A stretch of 64,000 bases of DNA from Spizellomyces punctatus DAOM BR117 (taxonomy: Eukaryota): NCBI GenBank assembly GCA_000182565.2, contig KQ257452.1; one strand, given 5' to 3'. A program made the position numbers and the translations under genes. This document shows, one piece after another, positions 28,469 to 44,600 of the stretch (the stretch's first letter is position 1; each line of letters starts with the position of its first letter). Below the pieces are notes generated by a model. The model was not told the origin of the DNA. It worked only from the letters and a program-made list of their open reading frames with translations, and did not search any database.

Positions 28469-30321
28469 ATGAGAATATTATATCAATCCTCGCTGCTGCG
28501 ATTGGAAGGGTGCATTCTTCGCTGCTTCAACGGTTTCGTATGGATAGCTGGTCCCGCTTTTATACTCATCGCAGTAGCTCTGGTCGCGCTAGTGGCATAT
28601 ATCTTTTATACCGTCAACCTTCCCTTCTTGTTCCCTACACTTCAAACATCTCCTGGCCAAGATGAGATACCTTCCCCAGCACAACGCCTAGCTCGACTTG
28701 CCACTGTGATATGGACTATCTATCTACTCTCCTGTTTGGCATTTCACTATTACATGTGCATCATGACGGATCCTGGTCGAGTCGTAGATCGTCCGCGCAT
28801 TATTGCAAATGACACTGTAAGACGCATGCACTATTAAAGGCTTTCGCTTCGTTTTGATACGGGGCCTCCGATCATCTGGTTTTCTTATTATTTACTAACA
28901 ATGTCCAGGAGCGTGACCGTAATTCGGAGGATATGGTCCTGTTCGAAGTCAGAACAGAACCTGTGCAGGAGCAACGAATACCGCTCAATAGGGATAATCA
29001 AGAAGGAGCACCCAAGGGCCGTTTTTGCAAAAAATGTATGCAACTCCCAGTATCCGCTCCAGGTTAACCCTGCCATTAGCTCAATCAATGTTTAACCTCA
29101 GGCCGCCGACATAAACCCGACAGAGCTCATCATTGTAGCGTTTGCCAAAGGTCCGGATCGCATCCTTAATTATATGTCTTGTTCTATCCTGATTGCTTGC
29201 CGATAGATGCGTTCTTCGCATGGACCATCACTGTCCTGTAAGTCGTGAGGCATTGTAGGGCTTGAGGCGACACATCTTTGACCAGATCTCACTCAATCGT
29301 CACAAATCTCCTCAGTGGATACATAATTGGTAATTGTCCAAGCGATCTGTTCGCCCGAACCTAATGCTACCATTGATGGCTCATCGCTCACTGGTCCCCT
29401 TCTTTTCCGTACCTAGTGTCGGCTTCTACAACCACCGATACTTCTACTTATTTTTAATGTACATGTTTGTGGCATGTCTTTACTACTTTGTTGTATCCGT
29501 CAATTTCTTTCGCTACGAAATTCTTGGAAGCGGTGGGGTAGGATACTGTTCTTCTCTTGCAGTCATATCAACATGTCACCAATTTTCTTCCAGTTTAAAT
29601 GGCCATACGATCAAGCGCGGATGGGCTTTGTGTTCTCTTTTCTCCTTGCTGGCGCCATTGGGCTAGCTATCGGCGGAATGGCGGGTTGGCATACCTGGTT
29701 AATAGCCACAGGTTCGTGCAGCTCTTTAATCACCATTTTGGACTAGGATAAAATGAAGTAATGATATGATTTTCCTTATAGGCCAGACAACGATTGAGCA
29801 CTACGGAAACCAGACGTCGAGGGAGATTGCAAAGTCGCGTGGAGATGTACGTTGTATGATCGATTTTGGTGGTATATGGCTATTGTTAAACTTACACATT
29901 CGATGAATCATTAGATTTTTATTAACGAGGTATGGTTCTGCTTTACGGTGATGAACGCTCTCTATCATTTTTGTAATTGGCGATATTTAGTACGATCTGG
30001 GGACAAGGCGGAACTTTAAGGTTTTCTTTAATATCGGCAGAAGATAGTGAGTCGACCAGGCGAGTTATCAAGTGTTTTCGTCGGAATTTTAACTGTAGCT
30101 ATCTCGCTTAGTAAATGGTGGACAATTCTTTTACCAATCCCAATACCTCCAATGGGTAAGTCGCATTTCGCGCGGGTAAATATGTGTCGAGAGCCTTATC
30201 AAACATTATCTTTTTAGGAGATGGCAGAACGTTTCTTACCAGTCATGCCATGTTATCCTCGTCAGCACGATCGACTTGGGTGGACGCTAGTGATTACAGG
30301 GATATTAATATTGCAGCATGA
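28469..30321 (+). CDS. DHHC palmitoyltransferase (ZDHHC16-like)
   Basis: FCKKC|RRHKPDRAHHCSVCQR|CVLRMDHHCP|WIHNC|VGFYNHRYF, TG|QTTIEHYGN, YDLGTRRNF; four TM segments. Confidence 0.92.
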
Positions 30322-30473
30322 GCGTTCAGCACAAACTGTATATAAGCGCTTGAAAAACTTGTTCAAAATTCTAACTTATTTCATGTCCCACAAACAAAAT
30401 GGTTTACACTGAAAACGAGGTGATTTTTGAGGGTACTCCATCACCCCACGGAGAGATGAATTTATCTTTGAAT

Positions 30474-33634
<3,161 letters not shown>

Positions 33635-33812
33635 ATCGAAACGATCCGATATGGCTAATGTCCCAAGCAATGTGCACTGGTAAGCAAATCATCCAAACAG
33701 GCGTTCGCGTTCTTGACGCTAACTGGTTCGAGTGCCATCGCCCCTTTGTTCCCAATATCCTTTTTTCGCCCTTTTCAAAAGCATTTTCAAGAGATCTGTT
33801 CAAACATTTGCC

Positions 33813-35322
33813 ATGGCTGCAGGAGTTCCTACGGCGGTGCTCGTTGGTTCCTGGTTCTTCTTTTCAACGGCGCTCATTTTCACCAATAGATATATTCTGG
33901 TTGAGCTCAAGTTCCCTTACCCAGTTCTCCTTACAACATGGCATCTCTTGCTGGCAACAGCGGCGACTCGCCTATTACGTCGCTATACACACTTACTGGA
34001 CGGCGTAGATGAAGTGAATAAGAAGCTAACGTGGTCCAAATGGGCGACCAGTGTGTTGCCTATCGGGTTCCTCTTCTCAGGGTCCTTGGTGTGCGGCAAC
34101 TACGCCTGTAAGCATGGACCAGGTTGCAAGTGGCGCATGAGGACCTAATCTCTAACCTTTTGTACTTTTTGTTTGATTAGATGTGTTTCTATCGGTGGTG
34201 AGTAGTGGCTGACGGTCTTGTTTCGGTGCAGAGGTACCACTTTTTTCCGTACAGGCGCTAAAGCATTTGACCCCCAGGCATTTATTCAAATGCTAAAGTC
34301 GGCAACCCCAGTGACTGTCCTCCTGACGTCATGGGCATTTGGCACGGAGAAGCCCAACTTGGGAATCTTTTTGAATGTGCTATTCATCACATTTGGTATT
34401 GCACTGGCGTCGGTGAGTCTTCCCGGCTGAAGGCACTTGCGTATGTCTAATACTAACTCGATTGCTCTCAGTATGGAGAAATCCGCTTCGTCATGACAGG
34501 CTTTGTTCTTCAGGTAAATCACTTTTGGCAGCGGAACATGGTAATCGCCCTTCAGGAGTGGCTCTAACAACCTTCTGGTACAGGTCGTAGCCCTGTGCAT
34601 TGAGTCCATGCGTCTGGTTATGATCCAGAAATTGCTCAGCGGACGAGACATCAAAATGGACGCTCTTGTTGGTCTCTACTACTTTGCTCCAGCCTGTGCA
34701 GCAATCAATATCATTACTGCATTCTTGTTGGAGTCGGAGGCTATTGACTTTGCATCCTTGAAGCAGGTCGGGTTTGGAGTGCTCCTGTTCAATGGTCTAA
34801 GTAAGTTGGATAGTTTGTAATTAACAGCGGCTCCTTTGTCATCCAAAGCTGATGGCTAATTTTCATTTCTTCAATTTATGCAGCTTCCTTCTGCTTGAAT
34901 GTATCCGCAGTGGTTGTTATTAAAAGAACATCGACCCTCGTTCTGGCTCTATGCGGTCTCCTCAAAGACATTGGCATCGTAGCTATCGCAACACTCGTGT
35001 ACCACACGGGGATGTCCAATCTGCAGGCCTTTGGGTACAGCTTATCGCTGATCGGTCTGATCAGATATAAGACTAGGAATGAGCCTTTCTGGAAAGATCC
35101 GCTGGGAACGAGCTTAGAGTTTTTGCGGAGATATACAGGGTAAGGTGATCTCAGATTTTCCACCGGCGACCACAATTTGCTCATATCTGTTTCCTTCCGC
35201 CGTCCAGGTCCGCGGCTGCTGACTACCAGAGTCCAGGAAGAGCCCCACGAAGCGCAGCAGATGATGAATGGAAGCCAAAAGAAGACCATGTCATAGACGT
35301 GCAGAAGGAGGACCGCCCTTAG
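33813..35322 (+). CDS. Triose-phosphate/nucleotide-sugar transporter (TPT, SLC35 family)
   Basis: ALIFTNRYILVELKFPYPVLLTTWHL, SLVCGNYAY VFLSVAFIQMLK, ESMRLVMIQKLL, LYYFAPACA, TSTLVLALCGLLKDI. Confidence 0.9.
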
Positions 35323-35821
35323 GTCTACCTAATTATTTAGTATATTTAGCCCCTGTTTAGGTTAGTTTATTGTTGGGCATAGTATGTTTTGGAACTTGCT
35401 CCTATTATCGCTTATTTTAAATAACGTTGAAAAGGACCTCTGGTCCCGACTTGCCTCTTTTGTAAATTTTATGTGGCAAAATAAGCCAGAAAGCCTGATA
35501 TAATGGTCGCTGCCCTTTACAAAGACAGTCAGAGTACGGACAAGTGGGCAAGTGATCCGACTATAGCCAGGTCCGAAAACGTAGATAGCAATCTCTACCC
35601 GAAGGCAATCGTAGCCACAAGGTTCTGTGGATATCTGCATATCTGATAATCAAAGTTAAGGTAAACGTTACACAAAATAAGCTTATTTCACATTAAAGCT
35701 GATTCGAACCGACAAATGACGCAGTGCCTTGGGGGTGGCTTGCGCGTGATGCGTCCACACGACCCAGCAACTTTCGCTGCCTCATCTCCCTCATCAAACC
35801 CAACAAAACTCGTTAAAAAAC

Positions 35822-37645
35822 ATGCCATTGTGGACAGCAGACAACAGAATTCCACTCTTTGTATTCGGTCTGACCACTGGTGTAGCTCTGTCGGCCGCCG
35901 TCCAATACTTGTTCACCAGTTTGGGTCCCGAGCGATCACCCAACTCCATACTAGACGATGGGCAACCTCACCCATTGTCTACAAGAAGGCAGGTGGAAAC
36001 CGCCATCCAGCGGCTAGAAAGAGAGTTCACCATTACTACGTCAATGCTGCATAATCTTGTGAAAGCATTCATGCGCGATATGGAAAGGTTGGATTTTTTG
36101 CCGCTAAGCCGAGATGCACATGAGTCGACTTAACAGTGTTACGTGGTAGGGGACTAAAGCGGGACAATGCAGTCCTCAAAATGATTCCTTCGTACGTGGT
36201 TCGTCGGCCTCAAGGTGACGAGACGGGCACATATTTGGCGCTGGACTTGGGTGGTAGCAACTTTAGAGTTTGCGAAGTTACCCTAAGCGGGAAAGGCCAA
36301 GTTCGGACGCGACAAAAGAAGTTTGTAGTATCCGATGACCTGAAGACAGGACAAGGGACGGACCTTTTTGACTTCATCGCAGACTGTGTGAGCCTGTCGA
36401 TGGATGAATTCAACCTGGACAAGAAGGCTGGGCTGAAGATGGGATTCACGTTCTCCTTCCCGGTAGATCAACATTCAATCAACAAAGGTTTGTGAGTAAA
36501 ATCAATGAGGAGTCCTCAGATATTGAGACAACTTCAATTGGATTTGCAGGTGTGCTGATATCGTGGACGAAGGGCTTCACTGCACAGGGTGTGGTTGGCG
36601 AGGATGCTGTTCAATTGCTTCAAGACGCGTTCCACAGAAAGGTAATGATTAAAAACTCTCTCCTACATATGTGCTACAATCTGGACGTGCTTGTAACATA
36701 ATGAGGCATTAGGGACTGGTGATTACCATCACAGCACTCGTAAACGATACGGTGGGAACCTTGGTATCCCAAGCTTATCTGGACACATCCACATATCTAG
36801 GCGTTATCCTCGGAACAGGTAGTAACGCCGCATACGTTGAACGTGTGGAGAATATCCCAAAATGGAAGGGTGGACCCACGTCGACTGGACAGATGATCAT
36901 TAATATGGAGTGGGGCGCGTGGGGCCAAGACGGCATCATTCTGCCCACTACTGAGTACGATCTGAGGGTGGACAGGGCGTCTCCTAACCCTCGCCAGCAA
37001 ACCTATGAGAAAATGATATCTGGATTGTACCTGGGGGAAATAACGCGACAGATCATGGTTGACCTGATCTCGACTGGAGAGCTCTTCAGTGGACGGCGAC
37101 ACGCGGCTCTGGAGGTACGAGGTAGCTTTGATACAGCTCAAATGTCCAGGATCGAGCGGTACGTGTGATTCTCTGTTCTCATGGTATCCATCGATTCTCT
37201 GCTGAAACGCGACACTAGTGACCACAGTATGGAACTAACGGACACTCGAACCATCTTGGAGGACCTGTATGGCGTGAAGAAAACCACACTTACCGACCGT
37301 CGTTTGGTCAAGCGCATCTGCGAGCTAATCGGCACGCGTGCCGCTCGACTCGCAGCAGTCGGAATAGCGAGCATTGTCACCAAAATTAACAAACTGGACG
37401 GCTGTACGGTGGCAGTTGATGGATCAGTATTCGAGCACTATCCCCACTGGAAAGATCGCATGACAGATGCTCTGCGTGAATTGCTAGGAATCAATGCGGA
37501 ACATATTCTACTCGTACAAGGTAGGTGGTTGTTGGCTTGCAGAGTAATGATTTGGCCACACTTCTAAATCCCGCTGGTAGCACGTGATGGGTCGGGAACT
37601 GGTGCAGCTTTGATTGCAGCTTTGGCCGAAACTGGTTCATCCTGA
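35822..37645 (+). CDS. Hexokinase with N-terminal hydrophobic segment
   Basis: LKMIPSYV, YLALDLGGSNFRVC, MGFTFSFP, WTKGF, VNDTVGTL, INMEWG, YEKMISGLYLGEI, AVDGSVFEHYP, DGSGTGAALIAA. Confidence 0.96.
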
Positions 37646-37880
37646 TGCCGCAATGCGGTCCATCAAAGGACGACCAATACTCTTACAATGCTCAAAAATC
37701 AGAATTCACATACTGTGATGGTGCTGTTCATCGTTGGTCTCTTGTCCAAAGGCATACTTTTGTCGGTTCAATTTGGGACAATTCTTTGGGACATTTCTCC
37801 CAGGGAGTTACATAACCATATATATTGAGGTGGTGTCCTCAATATTTTACGTATAGATACCGGATGTTTTTGCTGTTCTT

Positions 37881-38864
37881 TCAACTTTGTTTCCGCGTCT
37901 GCTTCGCGATCTTTATTGCAACATGCCTTTTCAGCTCGTAATCATCCTCATGACCCTCCTTGAAGCATCGATTACAGTATGGATCATCATCACACTCTTT
38001 GCACCGGACGGTAGCGTCATCGTTGCAAATGCCTAAAATGGGCCAAAGAATGAGATAGTGTCCTCCACTATTAGGAAAGTAAGTCATACGCACAGCACCA
38101 CATGTCTTCTTCGTTTACAAAGTCATCAAATGATGGCGGAGTGGGTGGAAGACCAAGCTGCGACTTTGGATGGGTATCGGATGATTTGCCAGGGCCCTCT
38201 TTGCCTGTAACTTCGACGGATGGGCTAGCGCCACGAGACGGAGGCACGAATTCCCGCAAGCCTTTCATTCTTTTCTCTAATTCACTATCTGCAACACCCG
38301 CCACGACACCATACTTCTTCTCCAGCTGAACTTCCTCTTGAATTTCTTGTAGCAAAGAAGCAACAGCAGGGTCGTCGCCCACATCTGGTCGTTCTAATCT
38401 GGATTTTGTCGGCGATGTGAGCAGTAAATTTGTATAGTCGACATATTTCCCGCCATCAGTATTGTTAAAAGCTTCGTGCCCTTCTCCTGGCACAGGTGTG
38501 GGAGGCACACTGATGCGCTCGTTTTCATAAGCGATATCAATATCCACGTCACTCAGTAGGAGAGGTTCTTGGAGTAGGGCCGCAATTTCAGCTTCAAGAT
38601 GCCCTGTGTCGCCGACTGTAGAGAAACTTCTCTCTGACGGCAATGGCTGGGGGCGAATGGAAGCTACCGGGTCACTGCCCGTGAGACTTTTTAGGCGGCT
38701 GTACAACTCCTCGTCGCTAGCATGCCAGCAATTCGTAAGTACTCGGAAACCAGAATAAGAAACCGCCAAGAGTAAACTTACCTGGGCAACGACTGTGAGC
38801 TCTTTGCTGTATCCACTTTTAATTTCTCGAACCGCTCTCGTAGCTCCTTGTCGGGGTCTGTCAT
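37881..38864 (-). CDS. ZFYVE19/ANCHR-like protein (C-terminal Cys/His zinc module, no FYVE domain)
   Basis: WC|CICNDDATVRCKECDDDPYCNRCFKEGH resembles the ANCHR C-terminus; N-terminal 'LRERFEKLK' and 'LYSRLKSL' helices. Confidence 0.72.
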
Positions 38865-38946
38865 GCTTGTTTGGAGGGCAAGTTATCCTTTTAGTGTTTG
38901 CAGTGTGGGGAAGACGCGCAACTGTACGCCATCTCAGGTCCCCACA

Positions 38947-39476
38947 ATGTCGTCGGCTGACGAGCCCAAATCTCTGACGACTGGAGGCTGCTTTTGTGGA
39001 GCCGTTACTTACAGTATCCCGGCAGATGCCGAACCAGCTTGGACTGTTTGTAAGTGCAAATTGTTATAAGTCCTTGAACTGCAAAATTTTGACATGAACA
39101 AGACTGCCATTGCTCAAATTGCCGGCGCATTACTGGTGCGCCTTTTGTCCATGACCTCGGCTTCCCTAAAGAATATGTGACATTCAATCCTAGCCCTGAC
39201 AAGGGCGACTTAACATCTTCGATTTCCGCACTCGGGATGTATCCAACAACCGACCATTTCACCAGGATATCCTGCACAAGATGTGGTTCAGTTGTTGGCG
39301 GGATTGGAACTCCTGGTCAATTTCTGGAAAAGTTTGCGACTATTATGGCAGGTTCCCTACCAGGAGGAAAGGCAGAGGGAAATTGGGCTGCCAATGGGCA
39401 CATTTTTTATAGCGAGCGGGTCATGGACGCCCAAGACGAGCTGCCCAAGTGGGAAACATTCCCGAACCCAGAGTAG
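38947..39476 (+). CDS. GFA/Mss4-like (CENP-V) zinc-binding protein
   Basis: TGGCFCGAVTY, V|YCHCSNCRRITGAPF, CTRCGS, HIFYSERVMDAQDELPKW. Confidence 0.9.
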
Positions 39477-39647
39477 TCGGTGGACGCTGTACTAGAATAG
39501 TGGGACGTTTAGGCTATATAGGTCAGTGTGATTGTCATAGGAGTAAACATTGTATAGGATTGTTCATGAAAACAACGTATCAACAACAACTACCACTGCA
39601 CTCGCTACTACTATTTGCGGCCGCCCACTAATCACCCCAATGTCTTC

Positions 39648-40253
39648 TTACTTCATCATCAGTAAACCTTCGTATAAATTCTCCACTAAACTGGCCAAGT
39701 TCAACATTAGAACCACTAACAGCAACCACAAACTGCTTCGCTGACTATCCCAAGCTTCTGACCCCGTTACGATGTTGATAGCTACACACGCTGCAATAAT
39801 CAGCGGGAGTTGCAATATAGCAGTCAAGAAGCGCGTCGTTCGTCTCCATTTCGCTTCTGTCCCAGCAGCTCTATCCACCTCTGCATCATACGCCGCAAAA
39901 CTAATGATCACTGCTGCAGCTCCGCAACATCCCAACTCTGTCCCAGCTAGAAAGCCCTCTGATTTTCCTCGACAGCTACATGCGAAATGGTAGATCGCGA
40001 GCCCAGTGTGGAATCCCAACATCAAAACCGTCAGCAACGCAATGACTGATATGCATCCAAGTTCGGTTGTATATGTCCAATCTGTAGCGAAATCATCGAA
40101 ACACGTATACTTGAACCAGGGCTTTTCACAGGGCACACCCGCATACTTTTTGGCGTAGTAGAGGTCCATTGAGTGTTTTATTAGGGGAAGGAAGTTTGTC
40201 CCCGTCAGGGTGAAATAGGATAGGCCGCGGTGGAGAAGGTAAAAGCTAACCAT
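39648..40253 (-). CDS. Hypothetical multi-pass membrane protein, 201 aa, single exon
   Basis: ATG in ACCATGG context; 3-4 hydrophobic helices; no family recognised. Confidence 0.5.
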   Translation of the reverse strand: MVSFYLLHRGLSYFTLTGTNFLPLIKHSMDLYYAKKYAGVPCEKPWFKYTCFDDFATDWTYTTELGCISVIALLTVLMLGFHTGLAIYHFACSCRGKSEGFLAGTELGCCGAAAVIISFAAYDAEVDRAAGTEAKWRRTTRFLTAILQLPLIIAACVAINIVTGSEAWDSQRSSLWLLLVVLMLNLASLVENLYEGLLMMK

Positions 40254-40734
40254 GGTGCCTGAAGTTGCGAAAGGATATCGAGTGCGGTGTCTGATCGGAG
40301 GTGTTAATAAGGGTTTAATGGTGGTAATCGACTAGCTGAATCAACGGAACCCACCAATTAATGAGTGCAGACTGACGAATAATGCCGCATTTGCGGACTA
40401 GTTTGCCTTCGTGCTTGAGGATAGGAATATCTTGCAACAAAAGAGCTCTACTCTACTGTAAGGCTGATTTGCACCTGTTTGCAAACTAATTGTGCAAAAA
40501 ACGAGGATAGTCTTACCTTAGGGACCAATCTATTATGGACCAATGTAGATGTTGATTTCAGCAGTTGCTGCCAAGGCGGAAAATGACATATGGTATGGAC
40601 GAATGTGAGGTTGTTATTTCCGTCCTTTGCACACTAGTTTTGTTATCGGTGTGATGATGATGGGGCCATGGAAAAAACGTGTTCGCGCAGCACACTCCAC
40701 GCGTTCATCAACAGCGCGCCCCTGTCTCTCCTTA

Positions 40735-40750
40735 CCCCCCCCCCCCCCCC
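40735..40750 (+). repeat. C16 homopolymer (G16 on minus strand)
   Basis: 16 consecutive C. Confidence 0.9.
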
Positions 40751-41614
40751 TCTCGTATGTTGTTTTTGGTGTTCCCGATCTTTGAATTTAGCTGACGAAC
40801 CGAGAGCAGAATGCGTAAACGGTGGTTGCGTATGTATCTGCATGGCTATTCCACTGTCGAGTTTGACAGATATTTAACGTAATTGGAGATAAATGATCTT
40901 GGACAGTTGGAGTGCTGGCGGCCTTGCGCCGCGCATTCGCCATTATTCGGCAGCCATTTTTGATCACTCTCGAATGGTGTGACGTAAGATATCATGTCCG
41001 AATTTGAACTTCACAAAATTATCAACGGACTGAGAAATGATGCCAGCTACTACAAGGGTTATGTATTGCAGACAGTTGGGACATGGCTCATCACTCAATA
41101 TGCCACTCGGACACGCATCATCCGTTCCTCTAGCCGCAAATTACTGCTCAAAACAGGCCATGCGAGGCCCACCATGCTGGGACATGTAAAGAAATAGGGT
41201 AAAACTCTGGTGGATGTGTGTCGTGCGATCGTTCGCGTTCTCGATGGATTATTTTAGAGGGCGAATTGATGACCGGCTGCTTGAAGAAGATGTATTTTCT
41301 TCGCGAAGATGTCACGTTAACTCGTGCTTGATGCAATCAACAATTGATTAATCGTACTATGCCAGGTGCTAGTCGTAGGTCAGATGCCTTCAGCGGCTTG
41401 ATCGCTACTCGAACGTAGATAGCCGGGCGTCCTCCCACATTTCGCGTGTGGTCATGGCATCCCCTGCCCAACTATTTGCAGCTAGTGATGATTATTGTTA
41501 TTGAAGGAGAATCGTGTACGCAGCAAGCGATGGAAGTCCCATCAAACTATTTGCCAGGGCAGTTTTCACCAGAGGGCTAGAGAACGGAGAATCTAATGAC
41601 ATTCTTAGTCAAGA

Positions 41615-44600
41615 TTAGAAAAGTTTGTCACGCTGGATTTTCGTACCTTCTGAGTCGGCCGGTAAAACCATGTAATCAGCCTTCCAGCTAGCTAGATGGT
41701 TCAGTAGTATCTGAAGTCGCCCCTGTGTCTCCGCCATTGTGTGGGTGTCCATATCCAGGTCTTTGCAACGAATGAGCGCGTCAGCCAGAGAGGCACTGAA
41801 TTTAGTGTGATCTCCACATGTCCACCAATGTTTTAGCAAATCCTGGCCATTTAAATCATGACGAGTAAGAGCTGCTAGCATGAGACGTGGGGTAGCAGGT
41901 GCCGTTTTGCAGAGTTGCATCAACCCATCTATTGTCGCCAATGAATCTAATGTGCGAAAGATCAGTTTATACACGGCCCTATGATTGATTTCCTTATACT
42001 TGACTTACTGCCCAAGTCCGGTAGGTTCGATAATGATTCCATGAAGGCTTCAATTTCGTCGACCCGTCCGCCTTTTTCAGCTATAAGCAGCTTCCAGAGG
42101 AATAGAATATTAAGCTCATCCCAGTTTTCCAAGGAACTCTCTGGAGAAACATGGCTGGTTGAGACCTGCATTTTGTCCAACCAAAGCACTGCCAATGCCC
42201 ACTTACTTAACACTTCAAACGGGTTTTTTACACCGAATAATCGATACTGTCCCTTACTAAGGGCCAACGAAATCTGTGCACACTACGAAAATATGCCTTA
42301 GTGTGAGGCAGCGACACTAAGCTGAATATGTGGTCCTACCAAGGGAAAATCTATGATTGACAATGTCACGTCCAATAAATCAACATTGGAATGACATTCG
42401 TCTGGGAAGAAGCGGCATGCAATGGGCAATATATCGGCATAAAACACGTCCTGCTGCTGCTCGTGGATGACCTGTAATATATTTAAGTCAAGAATATCGC
42501 AATCGTGCTTTTCTGATGCGCACCTGCATGTCTTTTACTAGTCGGTCACCTAATGACATCCGCATATGGTTTGCAAGGTCTTTGTAAAGCCCCACCGAGA
42601 TCTCGGAGGTTTGCAATGCCAATTTCCTAACCGACGAGACAGATCAGTTTTGTAACCAATCGAGTCATTCAAGCAGCAGGCGTAGCGTACCCCATCACGT
42701 AGGTTCCCAAATAGCCACCAAACTTTCGATTTGTAGTGTAACCCCGAAGTAATATGTTCAGAAGTTTGGGCCTGGCTTCCGGGTAACGACTGTATGCTGC
42801 CACCAGGTGATCGAGAAAGGTATCATTCCGCGTCGCTTGCAGCACTGCAAACATATCATCCATGCATTCTGTAGAGCAGATATCCTACAAGCATTTACAG
42901 TTACGCATAAGTATTTCGCTCAAGAGACGTGACGACCTTACCGGCGTAACGAATAGCTGAAATAGCTCAGCGTAAGTGGCAGGTGCGGCTTGCGATCTCA
43001 GCTGCTTGATCTGCGAAGCAAGGGCTTTGAAGGCGACTTCCTGAGCCTCGGACATTCCTGGAGAAGAAGAGGATGAAGCGTTTCGAGCCTCATCTAAAAT
43101 GCGTGGATCTCCCACCTTGCGTCGTTGTACGAGTCTGCAGAAACAGAGTGAGACTATAAATGAGACTTGTAGGGGAAGCGATCTCATCCAATTCTCGAAA
43201 CAAACCTGTTGAGGGAGTTCACCACTCGTAAGAAGAGAAGGGATAGGTGGACGCTGACCATCGTTCAACTGAGTAAATTGTGAAAATAGGTTTTCCAATT
43301 GCTCCCGGGTATCCTGTTCTAGACTAGGAGCCGTATAGATTCGTCGCAAAGATCTTCAAGATGGATCAATAAACACTTTCCATGATATAGTAGACACTCC
43401 AGCATAGTCACCTAACTACGCCCATTTGCACCAAACTAAACATCGCAAATGTCAGGTTTCTTCGGATCTCGGACGCCATTTTTGGCAGATAATTGTCCAC
43501 AACGTAATAAAGATATTCGATGCTCGTCGCTGTTATCACAGGATGTTCGGAAGGCGGCTGACACGCCCTTTCCATCATCAGCATTGCCGGTTCTGAGCCC
43601 GTAAATTAGTTAAGAGAACACGTCCCAAAGACTTCTCGCTTGTAGGGATACCTATATACATGATATTATCATGCGCAGGATTCCAGAACAGCCAATCAAA
43701 GAACAGCGCTAGCTTCACATCCTGAATCGCAACAGAGGTCTGCATCGACAATGAATGAACGGCTCGCTACCTCGCAACATTAGCGGGGTACTCCTACCTT
43801 CATTCCACTGAGCAGTTTTTGGATGACTTCCCAGCGCTGAACGATTTTCGATCCCAGGATAGTATTTGGCGGCTGTATCCCAGTGCAAATAAATCGTATC
43901 AGATCTACATAAATGGACTCGTCCGTATTCGAGAGGAACACGTTTCTGTAATTTCGAATGGCCACACTCTTCATTTTGGTTTTCACCTGTGAGCAAAAGA
44001 AAAGTAAGTTCCTGTTACAAGGATCAAATGAACTCTCTGGTAGCATACTTTATCGAGGATGAACCGCATCTTGATATCCATTTCCGGAGTTATCCGTTGG
44101 GCTATTACGAACGGCGGACTGGGCGTAGCCAACAATTGCTGCACACCTTCACGTAGACATCAGTAAGTCCTTTGTATGATTGAGAATACGCCATTCGAAG
44201 AGATGTGTATTTACGTTCAAAACTTGGATCAAGCTGCTTCGGGGATATGAACATATCACGTAGTATATCAGAAATGCCCGGAATGCGGCTCACGGTTAAC
44301 AGAAGTCGTACGAGATCCCTGCCGATACGTAGACAATCCCGGAACTACGATGCGAAGCATGTCAATATCAACCGCTGACTCCGATGACACCCAGACTCTA
44401 ACATTACCCTATTGCGTATCATTGTGCACACATAGTCCACCTCCGCTTGCCGCAGGTCTAGCTCTTGGGAATGATCAGCTATAAGTCGCAGAAATGAATA
44501 AACAGTGGTAGGTATGATATCGCTTCGTGTATCTAATCGCCTCCTGTGTCATTATGTCAGTAAGTTGATGGTTTAGGATCTCTGATATGGTACGCTACCA

